Position numbers and translations under genes: made by a program. This document shows, one piece after another, positions 20,298 to 29,902 of a stretch of DNA of 64,000 nt. The notes under the pieces were generated by a model, which had not been told where the DNA came from, made no database searches, and worked only from the letters and a program-made list of their open reading frames with translations. The first letter of the stretch is position 1. The number at the start of each line of letters is the position of its first letter. The stretch is taken from assembly GCA_038531745.1 (NCBI GenBank), contig JBCBBJ010000013.1, positions 27,496 through 91,495 of the forward strand, in the 5' to 3' direction. The DNA is from Pseudomonadota bacterium. GTDB lineage: Bacteria; Pseudomonadota; Alphaproteobacteria; Caulobacterales; Parvularculaceae.

Positions 20298-20879
20298 TTA
20301 CGTTGAAACCGGTTGGTAAAGCCGCCACGACCAGTATTTATTGCCGCCGCGATGCTCTGTACACGTCCAGTTATGGGTCGCCATGCGCCGCGAAATCATC
20401 CAATTGAGATAACCATGGGCACACAGCACCACATCGCCCTCAACGGTGTGAGCGGCCAACCGCGCAATAATCTCGTCAACCCTGGCCCATGTTGCCGCCC
20501 GATCTTCCATCCCGGGCAAGCCATAGCCGTTTATCCAGTACAGGCGCGAAATCACACCCCATAGCCGAGGTGACAGCTTCATCCAATCTGGCCACGGCGG
20601 CGGCGGCAATGGTGCTTCTATAAATAGTGGGCTTGGCTCCACCGGCTTCTCCCCAGCTACGAGGGCCAGCGCGGTTTCGTGGGCGCGGGGCATAATGGAG
20701 GAGAAAACTACTGCTGCGTTCTTGGCAAGATGTGTGAGATGGGTTGGCGGTGTTTGACCCGGATATAATCCGCTCTCGTCATATTTATCCCACCACGCGC
20801 CATATCCCGTAGCCGAGATCAAGACACCCCGCGATAGAGCCGGTTTGCCGTGGCGTACTGTGATTATCCGTCCGGCCAT
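20298..20879 (-). CDS. Histidine phosphatase family protein
   Basis: 'IITVRHGKP' RHG motif; second His in 'PRAHETA'. Confidence 0.75.
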   Translation of the reverse strand: MAGRIITVRHGKPALSRGVLISATGYGAWWDKYDESGLYPGQTPPTHLTHLAKNAAVVFSSIMPRAHETALALVAGEKPVEPSPLFIEAPLPPPPWPDWMKLSPRLWGVISRLYWINGYGLPGMEDRAATWARVDEIIARLAAHTVEGDVVLCAHGYLNWMISRRMATHNWTCTEHRGGNKYWSWRLYQPVST

Positions 20880-20984
20880 CGCCTCATTCTCGCCTTTGGC
20901 GCTGTCCGGTGCCCGCCGGATGCCTTTTTTTGTCGGTGCCGAGACTTCGAGCGCCCTGCCCAGGCTTGCGACCGAATTTATCTT

Positions 20985-21914
20985 TTAGGCGGCGAGGAGC
21001 CCTTCCACATGCGCCCCAACACTCACTGCCAATGCGTCAAGGTCATAGCCACCTTCGAGAATGGAAACAATGCGGCCGTCCGCATGGGTACGCGCGAGGG
21101 CTGTCAATTCATTTGTAACCCAACGGAAGTCAGCCTCCACAAGGCCGAGGCCGCCGAGGGGATCGGCGCGATGGCCGTCAAACCCGGCGGAAATCACAAT
21201 GAAGTCCGGCGCGAAGCGATCAAGCGCAGGCAGGAGCGTGTCACCCCAAGCGCGTCGAAATTGCGTGCCTGCGGTACCGGTGGCGAGCGGCGCGTTAAAT
21301 ACCGTTTCAAATGCACCGCGATCGGTGGCGCGCCCCGTGCCGGGATATTGTGGCCACTCGTGGGAAGAGGCAAAGAAACAGTGCTCGCGATGCCAGAAAA
21401 TGGCCTCCGTGCCATTGCCATGGTGCACATCAAAATCTACGACCGCCACACGGCGACAACCGTGGCGGGCCTGGGCATAGAGCGCAGCAATCGCGGCATG
21501 GTTGAGGAGGCAAAACCCCATCGCCCGCGCCGCCTCCGCATGGTGGCCCGGCGGACGCGCAGCAACAAAAGCGTTGGTGACGGATCCAGCCATAATGCGG
21601 TCCACCGCATCAGTTGCGCCGCCTACAGCACGCAAGGTCGCGGTCAGGCTCGCCGGGCCCATAAAGGTGTCGGCGTCAAGTTGCGCAAGGCCGTCCGCCG
21701 GCGCGTTGGTTTCAAGGTGTGCCCGATGCCTGTCCGGATGGGCAAGAACCACGTCAGCCCATCGCCCAGGCACACAAGCGCGCCGCTCAAGGGCCGAAAA
21801 ATCATCAAGCCCTAAATGCTGCGCCACAGCCCGGTACCGGCCCGGATGCTCCACATGCCCGGGCGGCACCGCATGGTCACGAAAGATATCATCCGTGTAA
21901 AGCGCGGTTGTCAT
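20985..21914 (-). CDS. Histone deacetylase-family (acetoin utilisation / acetylpolyamine amidohydrolase-like) protein
   Basis: 'ARPPGHHAE', 'VVDFDVHHGNGT', 'ISAGFDGH', 'LEGGY'. Confidence 0.9.
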   Translation of the reverse strand: MTTALYTDDIFRDHAVPPGHVEHPGRYRAVAQHLGLDDFSALERRACVPGRWADVVLAHPDRHRAHLETNAPADGLAQLDADTFMGPASLTATLRAVGGATDAVDRIMAGSVTNAFVAARPPGHHAEAARAMGFCLLNHAAIAALYAQARHGCRRVAVVDFDVHHGNGTEAIFWHREHCFFASSHEWPQYPGTGRATDRGAFETVFNAPLATGTAGTQFRRAWGDTLLPALDRFAPDFIVISAGFDGHRADPLGGLGLVEADFRWVTNELTALARTHADGRIVSILEGGYDLDALAVSVGAHVEGLLAA

Positions 21915-21980
21915 GACCGTCGTCTTACTGTCTTCATCGCATCAAAGATAGCCACTGATCGGAAAACAGGAAGAAGCCGA

Positions 21981-24900
21981 TTAGAAAATGAAATCTGAAG
22001 CGTCGAGGTCACTGGCACTGACACCGGTGAGGGTAATGCTGTCGGTGCCCACCACAATGCGCACGACACCAATGGCATCAACTTGCAAATGATTGGCCAT
22101 AAGGTCCGCAAAATCAGTAATATCTGAGACGCCCGCGAGATCGATTTTTTCAAGCGCATTCAACGCATCAAAATCGCGAATCTCGTCAACACCGAAACCA
22201 TCGGCAAAGACAAAGAGGTCGGCATTAAACCGGCCCTCCAACACATCATCACCGGCACCACCGATCAGCGTATCAAAACCACTAAACCCGATCAGATGGT
22301 CATTATCGTCGCCGCCTGATATGACTTCGTTGCCGGATCCACCAAGTAATCGATCATTACCCGCATCGCCTGAAATCTGATCATCACCCTTGTCACCGGA
22401 AATCCTATCGTCGCCTGCACCGCCACTTAACGTGTCATCACCGGCACCACCGAAAATTGCATCATTCCCAGCGCCACCTTCGACTAGATCGTTCCCGAAA
22501 CCTCCAAAAATGTGATCTAGACCATCGTTTCCAAACAAGCGGTCGCTGCCCGAGCCACCGGAAAGCAAGTCCGCGTTTGATCCACCCAAGAGCGTATCGT
22601 TCCCCTCTCCCCCATTGAGGGTATCAAACCCACTCCCCCCATCGAGAAGATCGTTGCCGTCACCCCCTAAAATGTCGTCTTGGCCGTTGCCGCCGAAAAT
22701 GCGGTCATTCTCCGCGTCGCCGTTCAGGGTGTCATTGCCGCCTTCACCGTGGAGGAGATCGTTGCCGCCGCCACCAAAAATAATATCGTCGCCGTCACCG
22801 CCAAAAGCATGATCGAGGCCAGCACCCCCATCAATGCCGTCGTCACCGTTACCGCCAAACAAATTGTCGGCATTGGCACCACCGATAAGCATATCGTTTC
22901 CATCGTCGCCGCGCAGGGTGTCAAAACCCGCACCACCGGAAAGCGTATCATCGTCGGCGCCGCCATTCAGGTCATCGTGGTAGAGGCCACCTGACAATTG
23001 GTCCATGCCCGCGCCGCCGAATAGGGTATCGTTCCCCTGATCACCATTGAGGACATCATCGCCGATTCCACCGCCGATGAAATCATCACCTTCGCCGCCA
23101 GTAAGCGTGTCGTCGCCGGAGAACCCATCAATTATGTCGTCGCCAGCCCCGGCATCGACAATCTCATTGCCCGTGGATCCTTCGATCACATCACCAGCGT
23201 TGGAGCCAATAATTGCGCCAACCCCAGTGACAATGTCCGCGACCTGCAGGGCACCGGCAATGCCATTGTGAATCTGACCGTAAGTTGCGCTCTGATTATC
23301 TAGTGCGTGCACGAAGTAAACAGTATCACTAAAGCTATCATAGCCGGCGGTCGGAATACCAAGGTCATTTGCCGTTTGGCTTCCCACTTCGATGGAACCA
23401 ATAAAAACACCGGCTTGCGCGTTGGGGCTAACGAGCGGGTTACCGTTAAGGTTACGCGCGCCAATAACTGCATTTGAAACCCAAGCGGAAAGCGTACTCA
23501 CCTGGCCGTCCGCAAATTCGACAAATTCTACGCCGACGACAAAGTCGGTGCCATCCAAGCCAACGATTGTAAAGCCGTTGCCTTGCTCCGAAATTGTGTA
23601 ATTTTCAATTGAACCACTTAGGCGGACGATATCATCACCGCTGCCACCGTTCAGTGTATCATCACCAGCACCGCCAATGAGCGTATCGTCGCCATTACCA
23701 CCGGCGACAAAATCCTTCCCGTCACCGCCATCGAGGAGATCATCGCCCTCAGCGCCAAGCAGCCGGTCTGCGCCAGCGCCGGTTGCCACAGTCTCGGCAA
23801 CTTCCGTACCTTCGAAAAGGTCATCATAGGCTGATCCATTGATGACACCGACCTCGGAGAAGAGCTCGGCAATACCAGCTGCAGCAATACTGCCAAAATC
23901 ATGAACCGCCTCATAAGAAGCATTTGGGTTGCCGCGATCAGCCGCATAGTAGAATGCTGTTTGCGCTGTACGCGGAAGGTTTGGATCAAGCCCCAACTCA
24001 TCGCCAGTCGTGGTTTCACTATCAATGCCGGCAATCACCAACCCAGCGGTTGAGACAGTGCTCGGGGTGAATTCGGCACCCCCTAGATAATCAACATTTT
24101 CATTGCGACCCGTAACCCACGTATTGACTGTGAGGGTGAGCCCATCGCCAAACTGAACGAACTCCACATTGCGGATGAAATCGGTGCCATCAACGCCAAC
24201 AATCTGAAAGCCGTCCCCGGCCACCTCGATTGCGTAATCATCACGTACACTACTCAAAATAAATGTGTCATTGCCCGCGCCGCCATCGACCGAATCGTTC
24301 CCGATCCCGGCATTGATCACGTCATTACCGTCACCGCCATTGATGGTGTCAGAGCCGGTGTCACCGATCAGGGTATCGTCACCCCCGCCAGCATCGAAGC
24401 GATCATCGCCATGGCTTAGGTTTACATATTCAGAGATATCGTAGCCGATGAACCAGTCGTTGAAACCCGAGCCTGTGACCGTGCCCACATTACCGATAAA
24501 GGTTGCCTGGCCCGCCACATTATCAATGCCGCTCTGAATTTGTGTGTCCCGGGCCTGATCAACAATACCAGGGGCAAGATAATAGATCGCGTCCACCGCG
24601 CGCAGTGGAATATCCGTTGCCCCAAGGTCTTGCGCCGTTTGTAGATTGGGGTCGAGGGCTGAGATCGTAAAACCCACCGAGACAATTTCAGAGACTGCGC
24701 GAAAATTGCCGCCGCCATGGAACGTCACATCAAGCGAGGCGCCCGCGAGGAAAGTTTCCACGAGGATCGCCTCATCATCGCTAAAGCTGATGATTTCCAC
24801 GTCGCTTAGAAAATCAGTCCCATCGATCCCGGTAATTTCGACGCCGCCATTCACCGCAGAGATCGTATAATCAGCACGCGTCCCGTTAAAAACCGCTGTA

Positions 24901-27005
24901 TCAGTTCCGGCGCCGCCGCCGATGCCATCATTACCAGCACCACCAACCAGTATGTCGTCACCGTCTTCGCCCGCGAGAAAATCACGATTAGAACTCCCGA
25001 TTACGGTATCATCGCCGTCCGTGGCGCTGATATTCGTGCCATGCTGAAATGCGCTTAAGTCACGACCCTGATTGATTGTGCCATAAGTGGCCGCACCATT
25101 TACGTTATAATCATTGTAGTAATTAAAAACCGCCGTCTGATCATTCAGGTTTTGAAGCGTCCCAAAAGAGCCGAATTGCGATTGCTGGGCGACACCCACA
25201 AAATCATTGGCTAGTGTTCCGCCAGCAGCACGGAAAACATCAACCGATTGCGCATAAATTTGCGTAATCGCATCACTATCATTGACGGCGTTGATGAATT
25301 CCTGCAGCTCTTCATTAGCGAAAAGCGATGGATCGGTTAAGAAATGTGAGCCGCCTTCATATTGTATAAGCTCAAGACCAAACGCGGCTGCAATAGACTG
25401 GTTCGCCGCAAAAGCGGTTTGTAATTCGGCAATGGAAAAACTCCGCGGGATCGCGGCGATTTCGCCATTATCAAACGCTTCCTGAAAATGCGCTTGAACA
25501 AGGGAGCCGTCTTGCAGATCGGTAATTACCTGCTCAATGAAGTACTCATATTTATTGCTGGTCTCGCCGCGGGCAAACCGCGCGTTCGACTCGTCGACCC
25601 ATGATTGCACAACCGCTAGAATACTTGGATATTCTTCCGACCCTAAACCCACCGTCTGGCCAAAATAGCCCGTCACTGCCAGGCTATCAAATAAATCGTC
25701 AACCGACTGGGTGGGATCAGTTTCATTGATAAAACGCTGCACCCCAAGAATGGCCTGATCAGCAACGCCGGTGTTAAATGTTTGTGTTGCCAACACATTA
25801 TGCACGCGGGCGTCTGCTTCGTCGCCGAAGACATCATCAATGATCGACTGTATTTCGGCTGCGCGGTAGCCATAATAGATATTGACAGGGAAATCGCCAT
25901 ACTCGTCGCCGAAAGCGTCCCGACCCCGATCATTCAGATACCCAAATTGCTCAAATTGTGCGTTCCAGGTCTCGTTGGAAAATTCAAAATGCGCCACAAG
26001 ACCGGGATCAAGATTATCGCGGACCATTTCTGCAAATTGGCGTACAAAGTCGTCCGTCGCTTGATGAGGAATGTTGAACCAGGGATCAGCACCGATCTGG
26101 TTGGCAAGGGCAATCATTGCCTGTAGCGGAACACCAGAAGGAACCGGTGATGGCAGGAGTTCCGGCGGCACATCAATGAGGATCTCGCCGGTATCTCCAT
26201 CGCGAAACGGCTCGCCCGTTTGCGGATCAACATAGATGAGCGTGTATGGCCCACGGGTTAGACCAGCAATGGTCTCCGCTGTTAGTTCGGGTACGTCCTT
26301 TGCAAAAACATACTCATAGGCCTGGTTTGCCGGGATGCCGAAAAATTGGGATTCGAGCGTTGCAATATCATCAAAATTTATATGATTGGAATGGTTCGTC
26401 TCCATCCAATCCATAAATCGGATCGTTCGGTGGTCATCAAACAGCTCAATGAAATCCGGGTTAAAAAGCGCTCCGGCGTCATAAAGCCCCTCATGCTCCT
26501 CACGAACGAGCGCAAAGTCACGCAAATGGTCACCATCCGTGGTGCCCTCAATAATGAGGCCAAACGGGCTGCCATCAATCAGGTCTAAGACAAGGCGTCC
26601 GGGCGCTGATTCCTCTTCCACGGAATTGGCGCCGACGATGCGAAAATCACCTTCGCCTTCATAAAGCAGAACGTAACGCCCGCCCGTTTGGGCCTCTTCA
26701 GTAACGCCATTGAGGAAAAATATGCTTGCCGAAGCCCCGTCGGGCAAATTTGCCACATTACCGTTCTGATCTAAAAATCCGGCATGCCATGCTTCAGAAT
26801 AATCATAAGTGGTAACTGTACCATCAGCGTTGGTCACATTAATGGACCATGCGCCATCATTGGTGTGACGATCACCACCCTGATGAAACAGATTGATGAA
26901 GGGCAATTCGGTGGAATAAAACGCGATGTCGCTTAACCCGACGGCAAGGGACGGGTCGTTTGCCCCAAACGATCGGTTCGCTTCGGCTAGCAAAGCACTA
27001 CTCAT
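21981..27005 (-). CDS. Giant RTX (hemolysin-type Ca-binding repeat) secreted protein with a ~655-aa non-RTX N-terminal domain
   Basis: 1674 aa. AAGGGG SD 7 nt upstream of ATG 27005. Dozens of GGxGxDxxx nonapeptides. The acidic C-terminal ~80 aa is typical of T1SS substrates. No N-terminal signal peptide. Confidence 0.9.
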   Translation of the reverse strand: MSSALLAEANRSFGANDPSLAVGLSDIAFYSTELPFINLFHQGGDRHTNDGAWSINVTNADGTVTTYDYSEAWHAGFLDQNGNVANLPDGASASIFFLNGVTEEAQTGGRYVLLYEGEGDFRIVGANSVEEESAPGRLVLDLIDGSPFGLIIEGTTDGDHLRDFALVREEHEGLYDAGALFNPDFIELFDDHRTIRFMDWMETNHSNHINFDDIATLESQFFGIPANQAYEYVFAKDVPELTAETIAGLTRGPYTLIYVDPQTGEPFRDGDTGEILIDVPPELLPSPVPSGVPLQAMIALANQIGADPWFNIPHQATDDFVRQFAEMVRDNLDPGLVAHFEFSNETWNAQFEQFGYLNDRGRDAFGDEYGDFPVNIYYGYRAAEIQSIIDDVFGDEADARVHNVLATQTFNTGVADQAILGVQRFINETDPTQSVDDLFDSLAVTGYFGQTVGLGSEEYPSILAVVQSWVDESNARFARGETSNKYEYFIEQVITDLQDGSLVQAHFQEAFDNGEIAAIPRSFSIAELQTAFAANQSIAAAFGLELIQYEGGSHFLTDPSLFANEELQEFINAVNDSDAITQIYAQSVDVFRAAGGTLANDFVGVAQQSQFGSFGTLQNLNDQTAVFNYYNDYNVNGAATYGTINQGRDLSAFQHGTNISATDGDDTVIGSSNRDFLAGEDGDDILVGGAGNDGIGGGAGTDTAVFNGTRADYTISAVNGGVEITGIDGTDFLSDVEIISFSDDEAILVETFLAGASLDVTFHGGGNFRAVSEIVSVGFTISALDPNLQTAQDLGATDIPLRAVDAIYYLAPGIVDQARDTQIQSGIDNVAGQATFIGNVGTVTGSGFNDWFIGYDISEYVNLSHGDDRFDAGGGDDTLIGDTGSDTINGGDGNDVINAGIGNDSVDGGAGNDTFILSSVRDDYAIEVAGDGFQIVGVDGTDFIRNVEFVQFGDGLTLTVNTWVTGRNENVDYLGGAEFTPSTVSTAGLVIAGIDSETTTGDELGLDPNLPRTAQTAFYYAADRGNPNASYEAVHDFGSIAAAGIAELFSEVGVINGSAYDDLFEGTEVAETVATGAGADRLLGAEGDDLLDGGDGKDFVAGGNGDDTLIGGAGDDTLNGGSGDDIVRLSGSIENYTISEQGNGFTIVGLDGTDFVVGVEFVEFADGQVSTLSAWVSNAVIGARNLNGNPLVSPNAQAGVFIGSIEVGSQTANDLGIPTAGYDSFSDTVYFVHALDNQSATYGQIHNGIAGALQVADIVTGVGAIIGSNAGDVIEGSTGNEIVDAGAGDDIIDGFSGDDTLTGGEGDDFIGGGIGDDVLNGDQGNDTLFGGAGMDQLSGGLYHDDLNGGADDDTLSGGAGFDTLRGDDGNDMLIGGANADNLFGGNGDDGIDGGAGLDHAFGGDGDDIIFGGGGNDLLHGEGGNDTLNGDAENDRIFGGNGQDDILGGDGNDLLDGGSGFDTLNGGEGNDTLLGGSNADLLSGGSGSDRLFGNDGLDHIFGGFGNDLVEGGAGNDAIFGGAGDDTLSGGAGDDRISGDKGDDQISGDAGNDRLLGGSGNEVISGGDDNDHLIGFSGFDTLIGGAGDDVLEGRFNADLFVFADGFGVDEIRDFDALNALEKIDLAGVSDITDFADLMANHLQVDAIGVVRIVVGTDSITLTGVSASDLDASDFIF
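22221..23150 (-). repeat. Uninterrupted RTX nonapeptide block (aa about 1286-1595 of the RTX protein)
   Basis: Continuous 'GGAGDDTLSGGAGDDRISGDKGDDQISGDAGNDRLLGGSGNE'-type repeats. The length corresponds to about 34 nonapeptides. Confidence 0.9.
23151..25028 (-). repeat. Three divergent tandem modules of about 210 aa inside the RTX protein
   Basis: Each module has a short RTX run, then a 'DYxI..G.G..I.G.DGTDF...VE...F.D' segment (aa 711-745, 922-955, 1134-1166), then a ~110-aa unassigned segment. Confidence 0.75.
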
Positions 27006-27684
27006 TCATCAGCCCCTTAGTACGCTACTGGACTCTGCGCACCATCACAGGTTGCACAGCTTTACATGTGCGCCTGCAAAATCGTTCCAAGATTGGAGCT
27101 GGACACCACACCCAACCCCTCAACCCATACCCCAGAAAGGAAGTGGCAACTGCCGGGTCCTGACTGACATACCGATACCTTAGAAAGCCTCTGCTCATTT
27201 GCAAGCGCGAAAAAGCTTAGAACACAAAGGCCACCGCGCGCTTAATGAGTTGTTTGCAATTGAAAATAGCATTTACCCCGGTTGGTTGTGCGATACCGGT
27301 TAAATTCAGGACAGGTGCCCAACGGGGACTTTGCATTATAGAAAGAGGGTTTTCTGAGAAAAATCATGGGCTTGAGCGTTTCTCTCAAATTTCCATAGCA
27401 AGATTTACCGATAGCAAACTCTATCCGCATGGGGATTGCTGGTTCGAAACGAAGCACTCTTAACCGTTCAGCCACCACCGATCCGATGTCTGGCGATCAA
27501 TGAGCCTTAATTGCCAGTAAATCGTAACCATGAAACCGGCGGAAAAGACCGCGTCACAATGATGTTAGGGCAAAAATTATTTTGAAAAATTGAGAAAAAT
27601 ACGTCCGGCTACTCGCCCGCATCGTTGCGAATCTCTTTCTATCTTTTAGCCCGCCACTGCTTAAACCGTGCCAGAGACCCCCTT

Positions 27685-29112
27685 ATGGTAAAATCCGCCG
27701 TTCAGTATGTGTGCCAGAATTGCGCTGCAGTGAGTGCCAAATGGGCTGGGCGGTGTGACCAGTGCGGCGAATGGAACACGCTCACCGAAGAGGTGGCTGA
27801 GGCCGGGCCGCCTGGCTCTCTTTCCGCCGGCCCCAAGGGCGGCGCTTCGGCGCGGCCAGCCCCGGTCGCTTTTACCGACCTGGCCAGTGATGAGGCGAAT
27901 GTACCCCGCCTTGTCACGGGTTCTGCAGAATTTGACCGGGTCGTGGGGGGCGGTCTGGTGCCGGGTTCTGCAACCTTGTTGGGCGGCGATCCTGGGGTGG
28001 GCAAATCAACCCTCCTCCTCCAAATCGCGGCGGCATTATCCATGAAGGGGCACGAGGTTGCCTATATTTCCGGTGAAGAAGCCACCGCACAAATCAGGCT
28101 TAGGGCCCACCGGCTTGGACTTTCTGACAAGCCAGTCAAACTCGCGTCAGCTACGGCCTTGCGGGATATCATCGCTTCCCTGAAGGCGGAAAAGCCCGAT
28201 GTGGTGATTATTGATTCAATCCAGACCGTCTGGTCCGACGCGGTGCCTGGCACGCCGGGTTCCGTCACCCAAATGCGCACCTGCAGCCAAGATTTGATCC
28301 GCTACGCGAAACAGTCGGGCGCGGTCATGATCCTGGTGGGCCACGTGACCAAGGATGGGCAAATCGCTGGCCCGCGCGTGGTTGAGCATATGGTCGACGC
28401 GGTCATGTATTTTGAAGCAGAGACAGGCCGGGATTTTCGGTTGTTAAGAGCGGTGAAAAACCGGTTCGGCGCAGCGCAGGAAATTGGCGTTTTCGAAATG
28501 ACCGGCGCGGGTCTGCGCCAAGTTGCCAACCCATCGGCCCTTTTTCTGGCAGGACGCGGCCAGGAGGGTTCCGGCAGTGCGATCTTCGCCGGGATCGAAG
28601 GGACCCGCCCCCTGCTGGTTGAATTTCAGGCGCTTGTCTCCCCTTCAACCCTGGCCGCACCGCGGCGAGCCGTGGTGGGCTGGGACAGTGCCCGGCTTTC
28701 CATGCTGCTGGCGGTGCTTGATACCCGCTGCGGATTATCCTTCGGCCGCCATGATGTGTTTTTAAATGTGGCGGGCGGCATGCGTATCAGCGAACCGGCC
28801 GCTGATCTGGCCGCGGCTGCGGCACTTACCAGTTCGCTCTTTGATGCCGATTTGCCCGCCGATCAGGTTATTTTTGGCGAGGTTGCTTTGTCAGGCCAGA
28901 TCCGCCCGGTCAGCCAGGCCGATGCCCGCTTACAGGAAGCGGCAAAGCTCGGCTTCTCAAGCGCCCTCACCCCGCGCAGTCCGGCCAAAGCCCTAACCAA
29001 AAAAATTTCCGGCGCACCGTCCGGGCCTGTCAGCAATCCTAATACCAAATTGACGCTCCACGATCTTGGCTCCCTGGGTGATCTTGTGCGCACCGTCAAA
29101 GGCACGGGGTAA
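27685..29112 (+). CDS. radA: DNA repair protein RadA
   Basis: Zn finger 'YVCQNCAAVSAKWAGRCDQCGEWNT', Walker A 'GGDPGVGKST', 'KNRFG', Lon-like C-terminus. ATG at 27685. Confidence 0.95.
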   Translation: MVKSAVQYVCQNCAAVSAKWAGRCDQCGEWNTLTEEVAEAGPPGSLSAGPKGGASARPAPVAFTDLASDEANVPRLVTGSAEFDRVVGGGLVPGSATLLGGDPGVGKSTLLLQIAAALSMKGHEVAYISGEEATAQIRLRAHRLGLSDKPVKLASATALRDIIASLKAEKPDVVIIDSIQTVWSDAVPGTPGSVTQMRTCSQDLIRYAKQSGAVMILVGHVTKDGQIAGPRVVEHMVDAVMYFEAETGRDFRLLRAVKNRFGAAQEIGVFEMTGAGLRQVANPSALFLAGRGQEGSGSAIFAGIEGTRPLLVEFQALVSPSTLAAPRRAVVGWDSARLSMLLAVLDTRCGLSFGRHDVFLNVAGGMRISEPAADLAAAAALTSSLFDADLPADQVIFGEVALSGQIRPVSQADARLQEAAKLGFSSALTPRSPAKALTKKISGAPSGPVSNPNTKLTLHDLGSLGDLVRTVKGTG

Positions 29113-29239
29113 GCCCGCGCACCACCCGATCGCAACAAAAGCGAATTATCGCCGCGCAACCGGCGATATCCATTGGTATTTTGATCAAATTCGTGGAAGG
29201 AACACTCAAGAAATTTCCGCCTGCGCACCCGGTAATGTG

Positions 29240-29902
29240 ATGACTGTGTTTGATGGCCTCGTAATTCTCATCCTTCTCCTATCTGTGGGGCTTGCGGTGG
29301 TGCGCGGGGCGCTCCTTGAGTTGGGCACCCTTGTGGTATTGGGCATCGCCTGGCTTGCCGCAGTACAGTTTGCCCCCGCCCTTATCGGCGCAAGCGGCAA
29401 GGAAAGCTCTCTTGTCACAGTGCTCGGCGCTTATGCTTTGCTCATGGGGCTGGTTTTCATTGTTCTTTACACGGCCTGTCATATTCTTTTGGGCCGCGCG
29501 AACCTGTCGGGCCGTGCGCAATTGGTAAACCGCATTGCTGGCGGCGTTTTTGGCTTTTTGCGCGGCTACGCGGTCATCGGGCTCGGCTTTCTTGCCTATG
29601 GCTATTATCTTGATGAAGACAGTCAACATGAAAGCGTCCGCAAAGCTATGACACGCCCCCTTGCCGCATCGGGAGCGCAGTTTTTTCAACAGTTTATTCC
29701 GCCCTCCACGCAATTTGAGCCGGAGGGAACTGATGGCGTCACGTCTAGCAACACCGGGGCCACAAAATCCAACACGACCGATGCTGCGAGTGACGGGTAC
29801 GCACGCCGCGACCGGGCTGGTTTTTCTGAAGTTATCACCACCGTAACAACCAGCGATGGCGATATCGTCCGCCCCCAGACAGAGGATCCGGGCCGTGACT
29901 AA
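29240..29902 (+). CDS. cvpA: CvpA-family membrane protein
   Basis: 'MTVFDGLVILILLLSVGLAVVRG' at ATG 29240, 4 TM helices, conserved position upstream of purF. Confidence 0.8.
   Translation: MTVFDGLVILILLLSVGLAVVRGALLELGTLVVLGIAWLAAVQFAPALIGASGKESSLVTVLGAYALLMGLVFIVLYTACHILLGRANLSGRAQLVNRIAGGVFGFLRGYAVIGLGFLAYGYYLDEDSQHESVRKAMTRPLAASGAQFFQQFIPPSTQFEPEGTDGVTSSNTGATKSNTTDAASDGYARRDRAGFSEVITTVTTSDGDIVRPQTEDPGRD

Noticed and set aside
20850-21815. 321-aa plus-strand ORF
   Set aside because: It is fully antisense to the deacetylase gene, which has clear family motifs (HHGNGT, PPGHHA). Its Arg/Ala/Gly-rich translation is typical of the shadow frame of a GC-rich gene.
27441-27449. GGTTCGAAA, a T-loop-like string that might indicate a tRNA
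   Set aside because: The flanking bases do not form a T-stem, and no acceptor or anticodon arms can be drawn. I found no tRNA in the window.
27242-27478. Mutually overlapping 78-aa (minus) and 72-aa (plus) ORFs in the long RTX-radA spacer
   Set aside because: Neither has an SD sequence or recognisable motifs. The two frames mirror each other in AT-rich DNA, so I treat the region as non-coding.
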